Source: Eledone cirrhosa (taxonomy: Eukaryota). Taken from it: a stretch of 64,000 nt of DNA. Both the position numbers and the translations under genes were made by a program. Below are positions 14,224 through 31,400 of this stretch, in pieces (within the stretch, counting starts at the first letter, position 1; each line of letters starts with the position of its first letter). Location of the stretch: positions 3,410,001-3,474,000 of the forward strand of contig OZ024751.1 of NCBI GenBank assembly GCA_964016885.1. Direction: 5' to 3'. Under the pieces are notes generated by a model. That model ran no database searches, had not been told where the DNA came from, and was given only the letters and a program-made list of their open reading frames with translations.

Positions 14224-15471
14224 ATAAACCATATAAAAAAGACAAAGTTTTCTATCCAGGTTGATGAGGGTACAAATCATAACCAAGCTATCCTTCTGGT
14301 CTATGTCAGATTCATCCATGAAGATGATATAAGGGAAGAAATGTTATTCATTAAAAGTTTGCCTGAAACTACTAATGATAAAAATATTCCATTGACTAAT
14401 TTGATCAACATTGCATCAGATGGAGCTGCAGCCATGACTGAAAAAGTGAAAGGCTTTCTTTCTAGAATTAAATCAGTTGCTCCTCACATCTTTTATATAC
14501 ATTGCATTATCCACAGACAGCATTTGGTTGCTAAGAATATTGGAGGAGACATGCAAAAAGAACTCAACACTGCCATACATGCAATTAACTTTGTCAAATC
14601 AAACTCAGTGAATAATAGATTTTTTTGTGCAATTCTGTGAAGATGAAAATTTTAAAACCCTATTGCTTCACACAGAAGTAAGATGGTTGTCAAAAGGGCT
14701 GAGCCTTGAAAGACTAGTGAATTTGTGGGAACCATTAATCAACTTTCTCATGTTCAAGTCCCAAATGACTCATTACAACTCCAAGAAGCAAGCTGATACA
14801 GCTAAGGAAATTTTGGAAAGACTTCCTGAGTTTAAATAAAAAATATTCTACCTGAGTGATATTTTTAAAACAGTGAATCTGCTTAACTTGGAGTTGCAAG
14901 GTAGAAGATCAGATTTAGTCACCTGTGCTCAGAAGATAAAAGGCTATATGGGGAAATTGACATTTTTGAAAAAAACAGTTTGAGAAAAAAATTTAGCATC
15001 ATTTCAAAATTTCAACACCACTGCTCCTACATCAGAATACATTGCTGCATGCATTGCCCATCTTGAAGGTCTTCATGTAGACTTTGAGAGAAGATACAAT
15101 GATCTATTAAAGATGAATTATCCACTCTGGTTTGTAGACCTAGAAAATTATGAGCCAGGAGATGAAAATGTTGAGTTGGCTGAAATGTTGTTGGACTTGA
15201 AAGAGAATGTAAAACTGAGAAGAGGAGTTGACAAAGAAGGCGTCTTTGCCTACATATCGATAAAGGACTCACACCCAAATACTTTTCAACATGTAGAAGC
15301 AAGCATCATTTCTTTCCCTACCACATGGATGGTGGAATCTGGATTTTCAGCTGTTGTAGATGTTTTCAGAAATAAATTAGATCTCAACAGCAGAGGAACT
15401 ATCTGAATGACTTCATCAAAATTGATTATGATATCTTGTGTCAGAAACACCAAGATCAAGGTAGTCACTAG
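14224..15471 (+). pseudogene. Disrupted Buster-type hAT transposase
   Basis: Motifs FSIQVDE, SDGAAAM, HCIIHRQHL, LLLHTEVRWLSKG, FPTTWMVESGFS and C-terminal HQDQGSH*, spread over several frames by frameshifts and stops. Confidence 0.9.
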
Positions 15472-15687
15472 CTGAATGGACTAACACTGAATGACTTCAT
15501 CAAAATTGATTTTGATATCCTGTGTTTATCCTTAAAATAAATTTTAAAGTGTAAATAGACTATTTTGTCTTTTCATTAAGTATTTTAGTGTGAAAATGGA
15601 ACAGCTTAAAAGTAAAAGTAGGAGTGGTCCATTGGAATGTTTTGAAGAAAAAATGGTCCATGGGCTGAAAAAGGTTGAGAAGCACTG
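14224..15687 (+). mobile_element. hAT (Buster/Charlie-type) DNA transposon relic, left end missing
   Basis: Transposase fragments plus a right TIR AAAAAGGTTGAGAAGCACTG (15668-15687), followed by ATCTAAAC, which resembles the NTCTAGAN target. Confidence 0.9.
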
Positions 15688-16018
15688 ATCTAAACCACTA
15701 CTACTCATAATTAGCTGCTTTAGGACTTAGCCCACAACACACCACCGAACATCTACCTTATCAATGTTACTTAACTTGGCATGTTATAATTAATAAACAC
15801 CTTCCCCAAATTTTTTAATGATAAATGCAACATAGTTACTTCTCTTAGATTATTACGCCCCTTTGTAACCACCATTTTTAATTTACAAATTAGATCTATT
15901 TGAATTTATCGTCCTAAGTTATGCACTCTGACGTCTATTTGCCGACCGTTTAAAGGAATTTTTATCCAAGAAAAGATTAGTTGGACTAACTTTCAATAAC
16001 ATCAATATAAACTATTCT

Positions 16019-16140
16019 TTATTCTCTGAAGATTCCATACAAATATCACTAATAACAATATATATGCGTGCGTACATGCACACATATATGTGAGAACTGA
16101 TATTCGTTATTGTATAGATGAAACACTGTGTAAGATGTAA
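16019..16140 (+). ncRNA. Hammerhead ribozyme with 87-nt stem II, canonical core
   Basis: TCT-CTGAAGA(16026-16032)-nested stems ATACAA/TTGTAT, ATATCA/TGATAT and ATATATGCGTGC/GCACACATATAT-GAAA(16120-16123)-CACTGTG-TA-AGA. Stem I is short. Confidence 0.6.
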
Positions 16141-16230
16141 AGTTTGTTTTTTAATGTATTGCCTTCTCTTACATTTATTCTGATTATTTTACATTATACA
16201 TACATATATATATATATATATAAATATAAA

Positions 16231-16379
16231 ACGGGGAATTGGCAGTATCGGTAGAGGGTCGGACGCATAGAGTTACGGCCCTTTATGATCTGCGTTCAAA
16301 TCCCGCCTAGGTTAACTTTGACTTTCATCCTTACGTGGTCGATAAAATAAAGTACCAGTAATGTATTGGGGTAATTGCT
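16231..16379 (+). mobile_element. tRNA-derived SINE, second copy, 3'-truncated
   Basis: Aligns by eye to 11615-11775, with an internal deletion. Confidence 0.85.
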
Positions 16380-17324
16380 TGGATTCATCAACAATGGAAA
16401 GATGTACAGTACATTTTATATGTCAGTATTTTGATGAAAGCGCATAGATGTATGTGTGAAGTTATCTGTTTTATCAGCAATTTGCGGTCGTCTGCTTAGG
16501 GGATATCTTCCACTATGAGGAGCAATAACTTAATAGGCCACACTCAGTCCGCCATGTTACACAGCCAGGCGAGGTTAAACAACACGTGACACTGACGTTC
16601 ACCTCCCCCCAACCCTTCCGCACACAATAGAAAACAGTCTGAAAAGCTAATTCAATTCACTCGTCATCTATTATGCGTTGTTGCATTATATCAAACTACA
16701 TACTTTTTAGTAAACACATTCATACATAAATACATATACATACATATATATAAATGTGTGTGTGTATATGTACACATATGTATATTTGAATATATAAATA
16801 TATATATATATTTGTCTATATATGATATATATATGACAATATATATATATATGTTTATATATCATATATACATATATGACTATATATATATATATGTCTA
16901 TGTGTGTGTGTGTATGGATATATGTCTCTCTCTCTCTATCTCTCTATATATATATACATACATATAAATATATATATGTGTGTGTGTGCGCGCATGTGTG
17001 TATATATCTATATATGTAAATGTATATATATATATGTATATATATGTGTGTGTGTGTGCCGCCCCTCCTCTAATCAGCCGCCGCCCCATTTTATTTCTTA
17101 ATCCTTATTTTGTTTTATTGTTTTAATTTCTTTTCTTAGCAATTCCCCTTCTCCCATTTTGTCAACATCAGCTATTATTTTTCTTTCGACAAACAATGGT
17201 ATAGCACATACATGCCATGTGTCTTAGTCCTTTCTCTACACCACACACTCTCTCTCCCTCTCTCTCTCTCCCTTCTTCTCCCTATCTCTCTCTGCCCCTG
17301 CCTCTCTTTTCCCCTATCTCTCTA

Positions 17325-19491
<2,167 letters not shown>

Positions 19492-20273
19492 ATGGTGGCT
19501 GCCAACTCGTTTTCGAGTACGGCCACTACTTTATATCCATGTAGGAGAACCCCTACCGATGCGCTGAACGAGTGTGACTTTTTAGTCCAGCCAGCGACTT
19601 GAAAACTCTGGTACAAACACTACACTTGTGACAATTATTGACACTTAGTGCTGGGCCCATGGTACCATGTGACGACAAGTGCAGAGAGATCTCCAGATAT
19701 AAAGCAATGCCTGTGCTGTGAAGCTTTTATAGTGAGCAAAGGCACTGCACAAAGCCAGTCCCACTCTCTTAACCAAGATGATATTTACCAAAAAGAAGAA
19801 CAAGTCAACATCATTGGATGCCATCAGGGTTGCAGGTGTTATATCAGAGTTTTCCTTCTCCTAGAATTCTGCCTTGACAAAGGCTAAGGGGTCATCTCTC
19901 CCAATATATATATATATATATATATATACTCTGGTACAAACACTACACCTGTGACAATTATTGACACATAGTGCTGGGCCCATGGTACCTTGTGACGACA
20001 AGTGCAGAGAGATCTCCAGATACAAAGCAATGCCTGTGCCGTGAAGCTTTTATAGTGAGCAAAGGCACTGCACAAAGCCAGTCCCACTCTCTTAACCAAG
20101 ATGATATTTACCAAAAAGAAGAACAAGTCAACATCATTGGATACCATCAGGGTTGCAGGTGTTTTATCAGAGTTTTCCTTCTCCTAGAATTCTGCCTTGA
20201 CAAAGGCTAAGGGGTCATCTCTCCCGGTGATTTTGGATGGCCATTGACTCTTAAGAGCTCCTTTGCTCTTTGA
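19492..20273 (-). mobile_element. RTE-type LINE 3' fragment with an internal 298-bp duplication
   Basis: Minus strand encodes a terminal C2H2 finger, [25 protein letters not shown] (~19553-19630). A short 3' UTR with the hairpin CTCGAAAACGAG follows. 19605-19902 is duplicated at 19928-20225. Confidence 0.7.
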
Positions 20274-21385
<1,112 letters not shown>

Positions 21386-22780
21386 TGACCCACTTCCTTG
21401 AGAGTAACAATATGCTGAACTCCAACCAGCATGGATTCCGTAATGGAAGGGATTGCCTGACGCAACTACTGCATCACTTTGATGACATTTTGAGAGCCTT
21501 GGGAGAGGGTTCCAACACTGATGTTATCTACCTTGATTTCAGCAAGGCCTTTGACAGGGTTGATCATAACATTCTACTGAGAAAGCTGTCCAATATTGGT
21601 GTCACTGGAAAGCTGCTGCAGTGGATCAAGAGCTTCCTGTCAAACAGAACCCAACATGTTGTAGTTGAGGGAGTCAAATCAAGCCCAGCCAAAGTCAGTA
21701 GTGGAGTCCCACAAGGCACTGTGTTGGGCCCACTTCTCTTCATCATCTATATTAATGACATCACTGATATCATCAAACACAGCAACATTAAAATTTTCGC
21801 TGATGATTCCAAGCTCCAAAAGGTCATCAATGGCGTGGATGACCGGATAAGCCTTCAGTCAGACCTACTGGCTGTTACCCAATGGGCAGAAAAGAACAAC
21901 ATGTTACTGAACGAGGACAAATTCGAACTGATCCACTTTGGAAAAGAGGATGCTCTGAAACTCCCGTACTCCCTTCCCTCCGGGGAAACTCTCGTGGCAT
22001 CTAACAACATCAGAGACTAGGGAGTAACCGTGGACAGCAACATAAGCTGGACCACGCATATAAGCAGCAAAGTTGACATGGCCCGCAGAATGTGTTCCTG
22101 GATCCTCAGAACCTTCCAGTCGAGAGATTCCCGCACCATTATCCTTCTCTTCTCTACTTTCGCCCGACCACACCTTGAATACTGTTGTCCACTGTGGTCT
22201 CCCCACACGAAACAAAGTATCATGAAACTTGAAGCTCCTCAAAGGGCAATCACGAAAAAGATAGATGGCATGTCAGACCTTGACTACTGGGGTCGATTGG
22301 AAAACCTGAAACTTTACTCACTCCAACGTCGCCGTGAGCGTTATATTATCTGCATGATGTGGAAAATGTTCCATCATCACTGCCCAAATGATGTTGGCAT
22401 CGCCTTCAAGATACACCCAAGGCTTGGGCCCCGTGCTATCCGTCCCATTCAAAAATCTAAATCGCAACTCATAACAACAATACGGCACAATTATTTCACC
22501 TCAATCGGCCCTGCTCTCTTCAACATCACACCAGGACACGTCAAAACAGAAACTGACCACTCAAAATTCAAGAAGTCTTTGGACAAATTCCTCCAAGTAA
22601 TCCCGGACAAACCACCCACACCCGGATATGTCTCCGCAAACAGTAATTCTCTTCTCGAATGGGCCATGGTGCCCAAATCCTGAATTGAAAGACTTCGCCA
22701 GGTGGTGCTATTAAGTTAGACATGGCCTGGGCCAATACTGGCCAAAACATTTCAAAGTTATTCAAAGTTATTCAAAGTTA
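21386..22780 (+). mobile_element. CR1/L2-group LINE, 5'-truncated copy 1 (RT pseudogene, premature TAG at 22018-22020)
   Basis: [28 protein letters not shown] and RPHLEYC motifs. Natural stop at 22683; tail (TTCAAAGTTA)3 at 22751-22780. Confidence 0.93.
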
Positions 22781-23021
22781 CATACATATATAAATATACA
22801 TACATATATATATATACATATATATACATACATATATATATATACATACATATACATATATATATATACATACATATATATAGATACATATATATATATA
22901 CATACATATATATATATATACATACATATATATATATACATATATATATATACATACATATATATATATATACATACATATATATATATATACATATATA
23001 TATACATACATCAATATACAT

Positions 23022-25223
23022 ACATCAAAAAGTCCTGGCAGACATTTGTGGACACTGTTACAAACATATGTGCTAAACATACCCCATTAAGAACTATAAA
23101 CAAATCTAAGAGCAGAATCCCTAGAAATAGAAAAACGCTCATCAGAAAAATTAAGAGAACGAACAAAAAAATCAACAAGCTGAAATACTGTCAGCAGCAA
23201 CACATCAACTTGATTGCCATTTCATCACTAGAGATTAAAAAACATAACCTCCAAAACAACATAATGTCCCTCATCAACAATCAGAGAAGAGCTGAAGAGG
23301 CCTGGGCCATTGAGAAGATCAAACTCAATCCCAAAGTGTTCTTTTCATTTGCAAAAAAACACAAAATCACTGGCTCTACTGTTGGCCCTCTAATTGATGA
23401 AAATGGCACTCTTCAAGACAATGCTAAAACCATGGGTGAGATACTGCAGAAACAATACTGCTCTGTTTTCAGCAATCCTGATATGGCCGATCTGGGCTGT
23501 ATCGGCGATGTTACTCCCCATTACACCTTATCGGACATAACGTTTGGCGCCCCTGATGTCTTGGCGGCAATAAAGGAAATCAAGCATAATTCAGCAGTAG
23601 GTCCCGATAGGTTCCCTGCTTGTGTCTTGAAGGCGTGTCAACACCAACTTGCTTCTCCTCTTGCCAATCTGTGGCGGAACTCACTGGATGCTGGATATGT
23701 GCCAGAAAACCTTCTATCCCAGTCTGTTGTCCCAGTTTTCAAAAAGGGAAACAAATCCCTTGCCGTGAATTACCGTCCAATCTCACTCACCTCTCATATC
23801 ATTAAGGTATTTGAGCGAGTGGTGAGATCGCGAATGACCCACTTCCTTGAGAGTAACAATATGCTGAACTCCAACCAGCATGGATTCCGTAATGGAAGGG
23901 ATTGCCTGACGCAACTACTGCATCACTTTGATGACATTTTGAGAGCCTTGGGAGAGGGTTCCAACACTGATGTTATCTACCTTGATTTCAGCAAGGCCTT
24001 TGACAGGGTTGATCATAACATTCTACTGAGAAAGCTGTCCAATATTGGTGTCACTGGAAAGCTGCTGCAGTGGATCAAGAGCTTCCTGTCAAACAGAACC
24101 CAACATGTTGTAGTTGAGGGAGTCAAATCAAGCCCAGCCAAAGTCAGTAGTGGAGTCCCACAAGGCACTGTGTTGGGCCCACTTCTCTTCATCATCTATA
24201 TTAATGACATCACTGATATCATCAAACACAGCAACATTAAAATTTTCGCTGATGATTCCAAGCTCCAAAAGGTCATCAATGGCGTGGATGACCGGATAAG
24301 CCTTCAGTCAGACCTACTGGCTGTTACCCAATGGGCAGAAAAGAACAACATGTTACTGAACGAAGACACATTCGAACTGATCCACTTTGGAAAAGAGGAT
24401 GCTCTGAAACTCCCGTACTCCCTTCCCTCCGGGGAAACTCTCGTGGCATCTAACAACATCAGAGACTTGGGAGTAACCGTGGACAGCAACATAAGCTGGA
24501 CCACGCATATAAGCAGCAAAGTTGACATGGCCCGCAGAATGTGTTCCTGGATCCTCAGAACCTTCCAGTCGAGAGATTCCCGCACCATTATCCTTCTCTT
24601 CTCTACTTTCGCCCGACCACACCTTGAATACTGTTGTCCACTGTGGTCTCCCCACACGAAACAAAGTATCATGAAACTTGAAGCTCCTCAAAGGGCAATC
24701 ACGAAAAAGATAGATGGCATGTCAGACCTTGACTACTGGGGTCGATTGGAAAACCTGAAACTTTACTCACTCCAACGTCGCCGTGAGCGTTATATTATCT
24801 GCATGATGTAGAAAATGTTCCATCATCACTGCCCAAATGATGTTGGCATCGCCTTCAAGATACACCCAAGGCTTGGGCCCCGTGCTATCCGTCCCATTCA
24901 AAAATCTAAATCGCAACTCATAACAACAATACGGCACAATTATTTCACCTCAATCGGCCCTGCTCTCTTCAACATCACACCAGGACACGTCAAAACAGAA
25001 ACTGACCACACAAAATTCAAGAAGTATTTGGACAAATTCCTCCAAGTAATCCCGGACAAACCACCCACACCCGGATATGTCTCCGCAAACAGTAATTCTC
25101 TTCTCGAATGGGCCATGGTGCCCAAATCCTGAATTGAAAGACTTCGCCAGGTGGTGCTATTAAGTTAGACATGGCCTGGGCCAATACTGGCCAAAACATT
25201 TCAAAGTTATTCAAAGTTATTCA
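23022..25223 (+). mobile_element. CR1/L2-group LINE, 5'-truncated copy 2 (RT pseudogene, premature TAG at 24809-24811)
   Basis: Complete RT domain ([21 protein letters not shown]) without the endonuclease. Natural stop at 25132; tail ~2.4 copies of TTCAAAGTTA. Confidence 0.95.
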
Positions 25224-26277
<1,054 letters not shown>

Positions 26278-26929
26278 CCCTGACGGCGGAATGTTTCACT
26301 ATATCTTCTTCGGAAAATATATTTACTCCATTCCAGAAACTAATTAGTTGGAAGTGATAATTTAGTAAGTAAGTTTATTTTATAATTTTCTTATTTTACG
26401 TCTCTCATATTATTGTTCTGCAACCCCATGCATTGAACCACAATGTTACTAAGACAAAACCTATATATTTGCTAGCATTGATATGCATCTGTATGTATAT
26501 ATATGTTACTAGATATTAATTCTTTATAATTATCTCCAAATTATTTGTCGAGCAATATTGGCCATGACTGCTGCTATGGTAGTAGGCAGGCCGCTGTCTT
26601 ATTAGCAAACCACTTTCCACTGATTGACCTCGATGTCACGTGATTGATTCTTTTTGAAATCGCCACAGACGCAGAGCCAGTGATTTTCTCAATGGCTAGG
26701 AATTCAGTCCACGCTTTGCTATTTCCTATCCACTGAATTATTTTTTAATAAGTTTCCAGAGTCCTCGCTTTGCCTGGAAACTTAGCTGAGAATAGACTTC
26801 CCTGACGACGGAATGATTCCCAATATCTTCTTCGGAAAATATATTTACTCCATTCCAGAAACTAATTAGTTGGAAGTGATATTTTATAGTAAGTAAGTTA
26901 ATTTTATAAATTTCTTATTTTACGTCTCT

Positions 26930-26932
<3 letters not shown>
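26278..26932 (+). mobile_element. Retrozyme-like element: ~132-bp hammerhead-containing direct repeats, 522-bp period
   Basis: 26278-26409 repeats at 26800-26932 around a non-coding interior, with (TA)n on both sides. Confidence 0.8.
26796..26877 (+). ncRNA. Minimal type I hammerhead ribozyme, canonical core (truncated and mutated sister at 26278-26355)
   Basis: ACTTCC-CTGACGA(26802-26808)-GGAATG...CATTCC-GAAA(26858-26861)-CTAATTAG palindrome-TT-GGAAGT; cleavage triplet GUU. Confidence 0.85.
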
Positions 26933-27011
<79 letters not shown>

Positions 27012-27087
27012 CATATATATATATATGTGTGTGTATATATATATGTATATATATGTATATATATATATATATACATACATACATACA

Positions 27088-27136
<49 letters not shown>

Positions 27137-27192
27137 GTGTGTATATATATATATATGTATATATATGTATATATATATATATATATACATAC

Positions 27193-27245
<53 letters not shown>

Positions 27246-27580
27246 CATACATACATATATATATATATATACGCAATTATGTGGAAAACGCATTTTGACA
27301 CCAGATATACCTTTAACTATACAAGGTTCAAAACAGACTTCCGCAATTCCGAGGTTATATAAATAATGTATATATACTGCACAACTATTCAAATATATCT
27401 ATCTCTTGATACCTCTCCCCTTCACCAATCCCCCAAACCACATCTACCCCATACCCACTTCACGCTTTCCATTGTCATGTTTATCCTGGTCACATTTTTT
27501 CATCCTCCATCCCACCCACTCTCTCCTCAGATTGTGTCTGCTATTGCAGGTAATTGTGTCACAAACTTTGCAGTGCTATA

Positions 27581-27645
<65 letters not shown>

Positions 27646-27673
27646 AAAACACGTTGAAAATTTATATAATTTA

Positions 27674-28019
<346 letters not shown>

Positions 28020-28409
28020 AAAATTTTACTCAAGAGAATTCTCTAGGGCCGCAGTCAAGTGTGGTTTAGTCATATTCTCTATCTTGCTATCTCACTCCCT
28101 TTCACAATCTCTATCTCAAAACTATCCCTCTCTCTCTGTCTCTCTCTCTCTCTCTCTCACTCTTTCACATATGTACATTCTCTATCTATCTTTAGATAAG
28201 GTCTTATCACAAACACACATTCTCTCTCTGGTTTCTTCAATGTCTAGTCACTATTTGGTTGACAGGAGTTGTTCACATCTTTCTGCCATTTTTTCAAATC
28301 CAGCTGTCCAATACAAAGACACTTAAATTTACGCAGTAAGGTTCTCAACTAACGACACCATTGTATAACATCGAAGACAGATTTGAGAACCAGGCTTGAT
28401 CTTTCAGTT

Positions 28410-31400
28410 GACTACCAGCATACCAGAGGACTAATGGATTAAGGCTGACTACCAGCATACCAGAGGACTAATGGATCAGTGCTGACTACCAGCAAACCAG
28501 AGGGCTAGAGGATAAGGGCTGACTACCAGCATACCAGAGAACTAAAAGATCAAGGCTAACTATCGGCACACCAGAGGGCTACTGGATCAGGGATGACTAC
28601 CAGCACAACAGAGGACTACAAGATCAAGGCTGACTACCAGCACAGCAGCGGACTACAGGATCAAGGCTGACTACCAGCATACCAGAGGACTACAGGATAA
28701 AGGCTGACTACCTGCACAGCAGAGCACTACAGGATCAAGGCTGACTACCAGCACACCAGAGGACTACAGGATCAAGACTGACTACCAGCACACCAGAGGA
28801 CTACAGGCACAAGACTGACTACCAGCACACAAGAGGACTACAGGCACAAGACTGACTACCAGCACACCAGAGGTTTACAGGATCAAGACTGACTACCAAC
28901 ACACCAGAGGACTACAGGATCAAGACTGACTACCAGCACACCAGAGGTTTACAGGATCAAGACTGACTACCAGCACACCAGAGGACTACAGGATCAAGAC
29001 TGACTACCAGCACACCAGAGGACTACAGGATCAAGACTGACTACCAGCACACCAGAGGTCTACAGGATCAAGACTGACTTCCAGCACACCAGAGGTCTAC
29101 AGGATCAAGACTGACTACCAGCACACCAGAGGTTTACAGGATCAAGACTGACTACCAGCACACCAGAGGACTACAGGATCAAGACAGACTACCAGCACAC
29201 CAGAGGACTACAGGATCAAGACAGACTACCAGCACACCAGAGGACTACAGGATCAAGACTGACTACCAGCACACCAGAGGACTACAGGATCAAGACTGAC
29301 TACCAGCACACCAGAGGACTACAGGCACAAGACTGACTACCAGCACACCAGAGGTCTACAGGATCAAGACTGACTACCAGCACACCAGAGGACTACAGGA
29401 TCAAGATTGACTTCCAGCACACCAGAGGTCTACAGGATCAAGACTGACTACCAGCACACCAGAGGTTTACAGGCACAAGACTGATTGCCAGCACACCAGA
29501 GGTCTACAGGATCAAGACTGACTACCAGCACACCAGAGGACTACAGGATCAAGTCTGACTACCAGCACACCAGAGGTTTACAGGCACAAGACTGATTGCC
29601 AGCACACCAGAGGTCTACAGGATCAAGACTGACTACCAGCACACCAGAGGACTACAGGATCAAGACAGACTACCAGCACACCAGAGGACTATAGGATCAA
29701 GACTGACTACCAGCACACCAGAGGACTACAGGATCAAGACTGACTATCAGCACACCAGAGGACTACAGGCACAAGACTGACTACCAGCACACCAGAGGAC
29801 TACAGGATCAAGGCTGACTACCAGCAAACCAGAGGTCTACAGGATCAAGGCTGACTACCAGCACACCAGAGGTCTACAGGATCAAGACTGACTACCAGCA
29901 CACCAGAGGACTACAGGATCAAGACTAACTACCAGCACACCAGAGGACTACAGGATCAAGACTGACTACCAGCACACCAGAGGTCTACAGGATCAAGACT
30001 GACTACCAGCACACCAGGGAACTACAGGATCAAGACTGACTACCAGCACACCAGAGGACTACAGGATCAAGACTGACTACCAGCACACCAGAGGACTACA
30101 GGCACAAGACTGACTACCAGCACACCAGAGGACTACAGGCACAAGACTGACTACCAGCACACCAGAGGTCTACAGGATCAAGACTGACTACCAGCACACC
30201 AGAGGACTACAGGATCAAGACTGACTTCCAGCACACCAGAGGTCTACAGGATCAAGACTGACTACCAGCACACCAGAGGTTTACAGGCACAAGACTGATT
30301 GCCAGCACACCAGAGGTCTACAGGATCAAGACTGACTACCAGCACACCAGAGGACTACAGGATCAAGACTGACTACCAGCACACCAGAGGTTTACAGGCA
30401 CAAGACTGATTGCCAGCACACCAGAGGTCTACAGGATCAAGACTGACTTCCAGCACACCAGAGGTCTACAGGATCAAGACTGACTACCAGCACACCAGAG
30501 GTTTACAGGATCAAGACTGACTACCAGCACACCAGAGGACTACAGGATCAAGACAGACTACCAGCACACCAGAGGACTACAGGATCAAGACTGACTACCA
30601 GCACACCAGAGCACTACAGGATCAAGACTGACTATCAGCACACCAGAGGACTACAGGCACAAGACTGACTACCAGCACACCAGAGGACTACAGGATCAAG
30701 GCTGACTACCAGCAAACCAGAGGTCTACAGGATCAAGGCTGACTACCAGCACACCAGAGGTCTACAGGATCAAGACTGACTACCAGCACACCAGAGGACT
30801 ACAGGATCAAGACTGACTACCAGCACACCAGAGGACTACAGGATCAAGACTGACTACCAGCACACCAGAGGTCTACAGGATCAAGACTGACTACCAGCAC
30901 ACCAGGGAACTACAGGATCAAGACTGACTACCAGCACACCAGAGGACTACAGGATCAAGACTGACTACCAGCACACCAGAGGACTACAGGCACAAGACTG
31001 ACTACCAGCACACCAGAGGACTACAGGATCAAGGCTGACTACCAGCACACCAGAGGTCTACAGGATCAAGGCTGACTACCAGCACACCAGAGGTCTACAG
31101 GATCAAGACTGACTACCAGCACACCAGAGGACTACAGGATCAAGACTGACTACCAGCACACCAGAGGACTACAGGATCAAGACTGACTACCAGCACACCA
31201 GCGGACTGCAGGCACAAGGCTGACTACCAGCACACCAGAGGACTACAGGATCAGGACAGACTACCAGCACACCAGAGGACTACAGGATCAAGACTGACTA
31301 CCAGCACACCAGAGGTTTACAGGATCAAGACTGACTACCTGCACACCAGAGGACTACAGGATCAAGACTGACTACCAGCACACCAGAGGTCTACAGGATC

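Noticed and set aside
21564-25214. Small antisense and alternate-frame ORFs over the LINEs
   Set aside because: They are shadow ORFs of the RT frame, duplicated only because the LINE is duplicated.
27485-27540. Minus-strand CTGAGGA...GAAA
   Set aside because: The intervening purine-rich sequence cannot form stem II, and there is no stem III.
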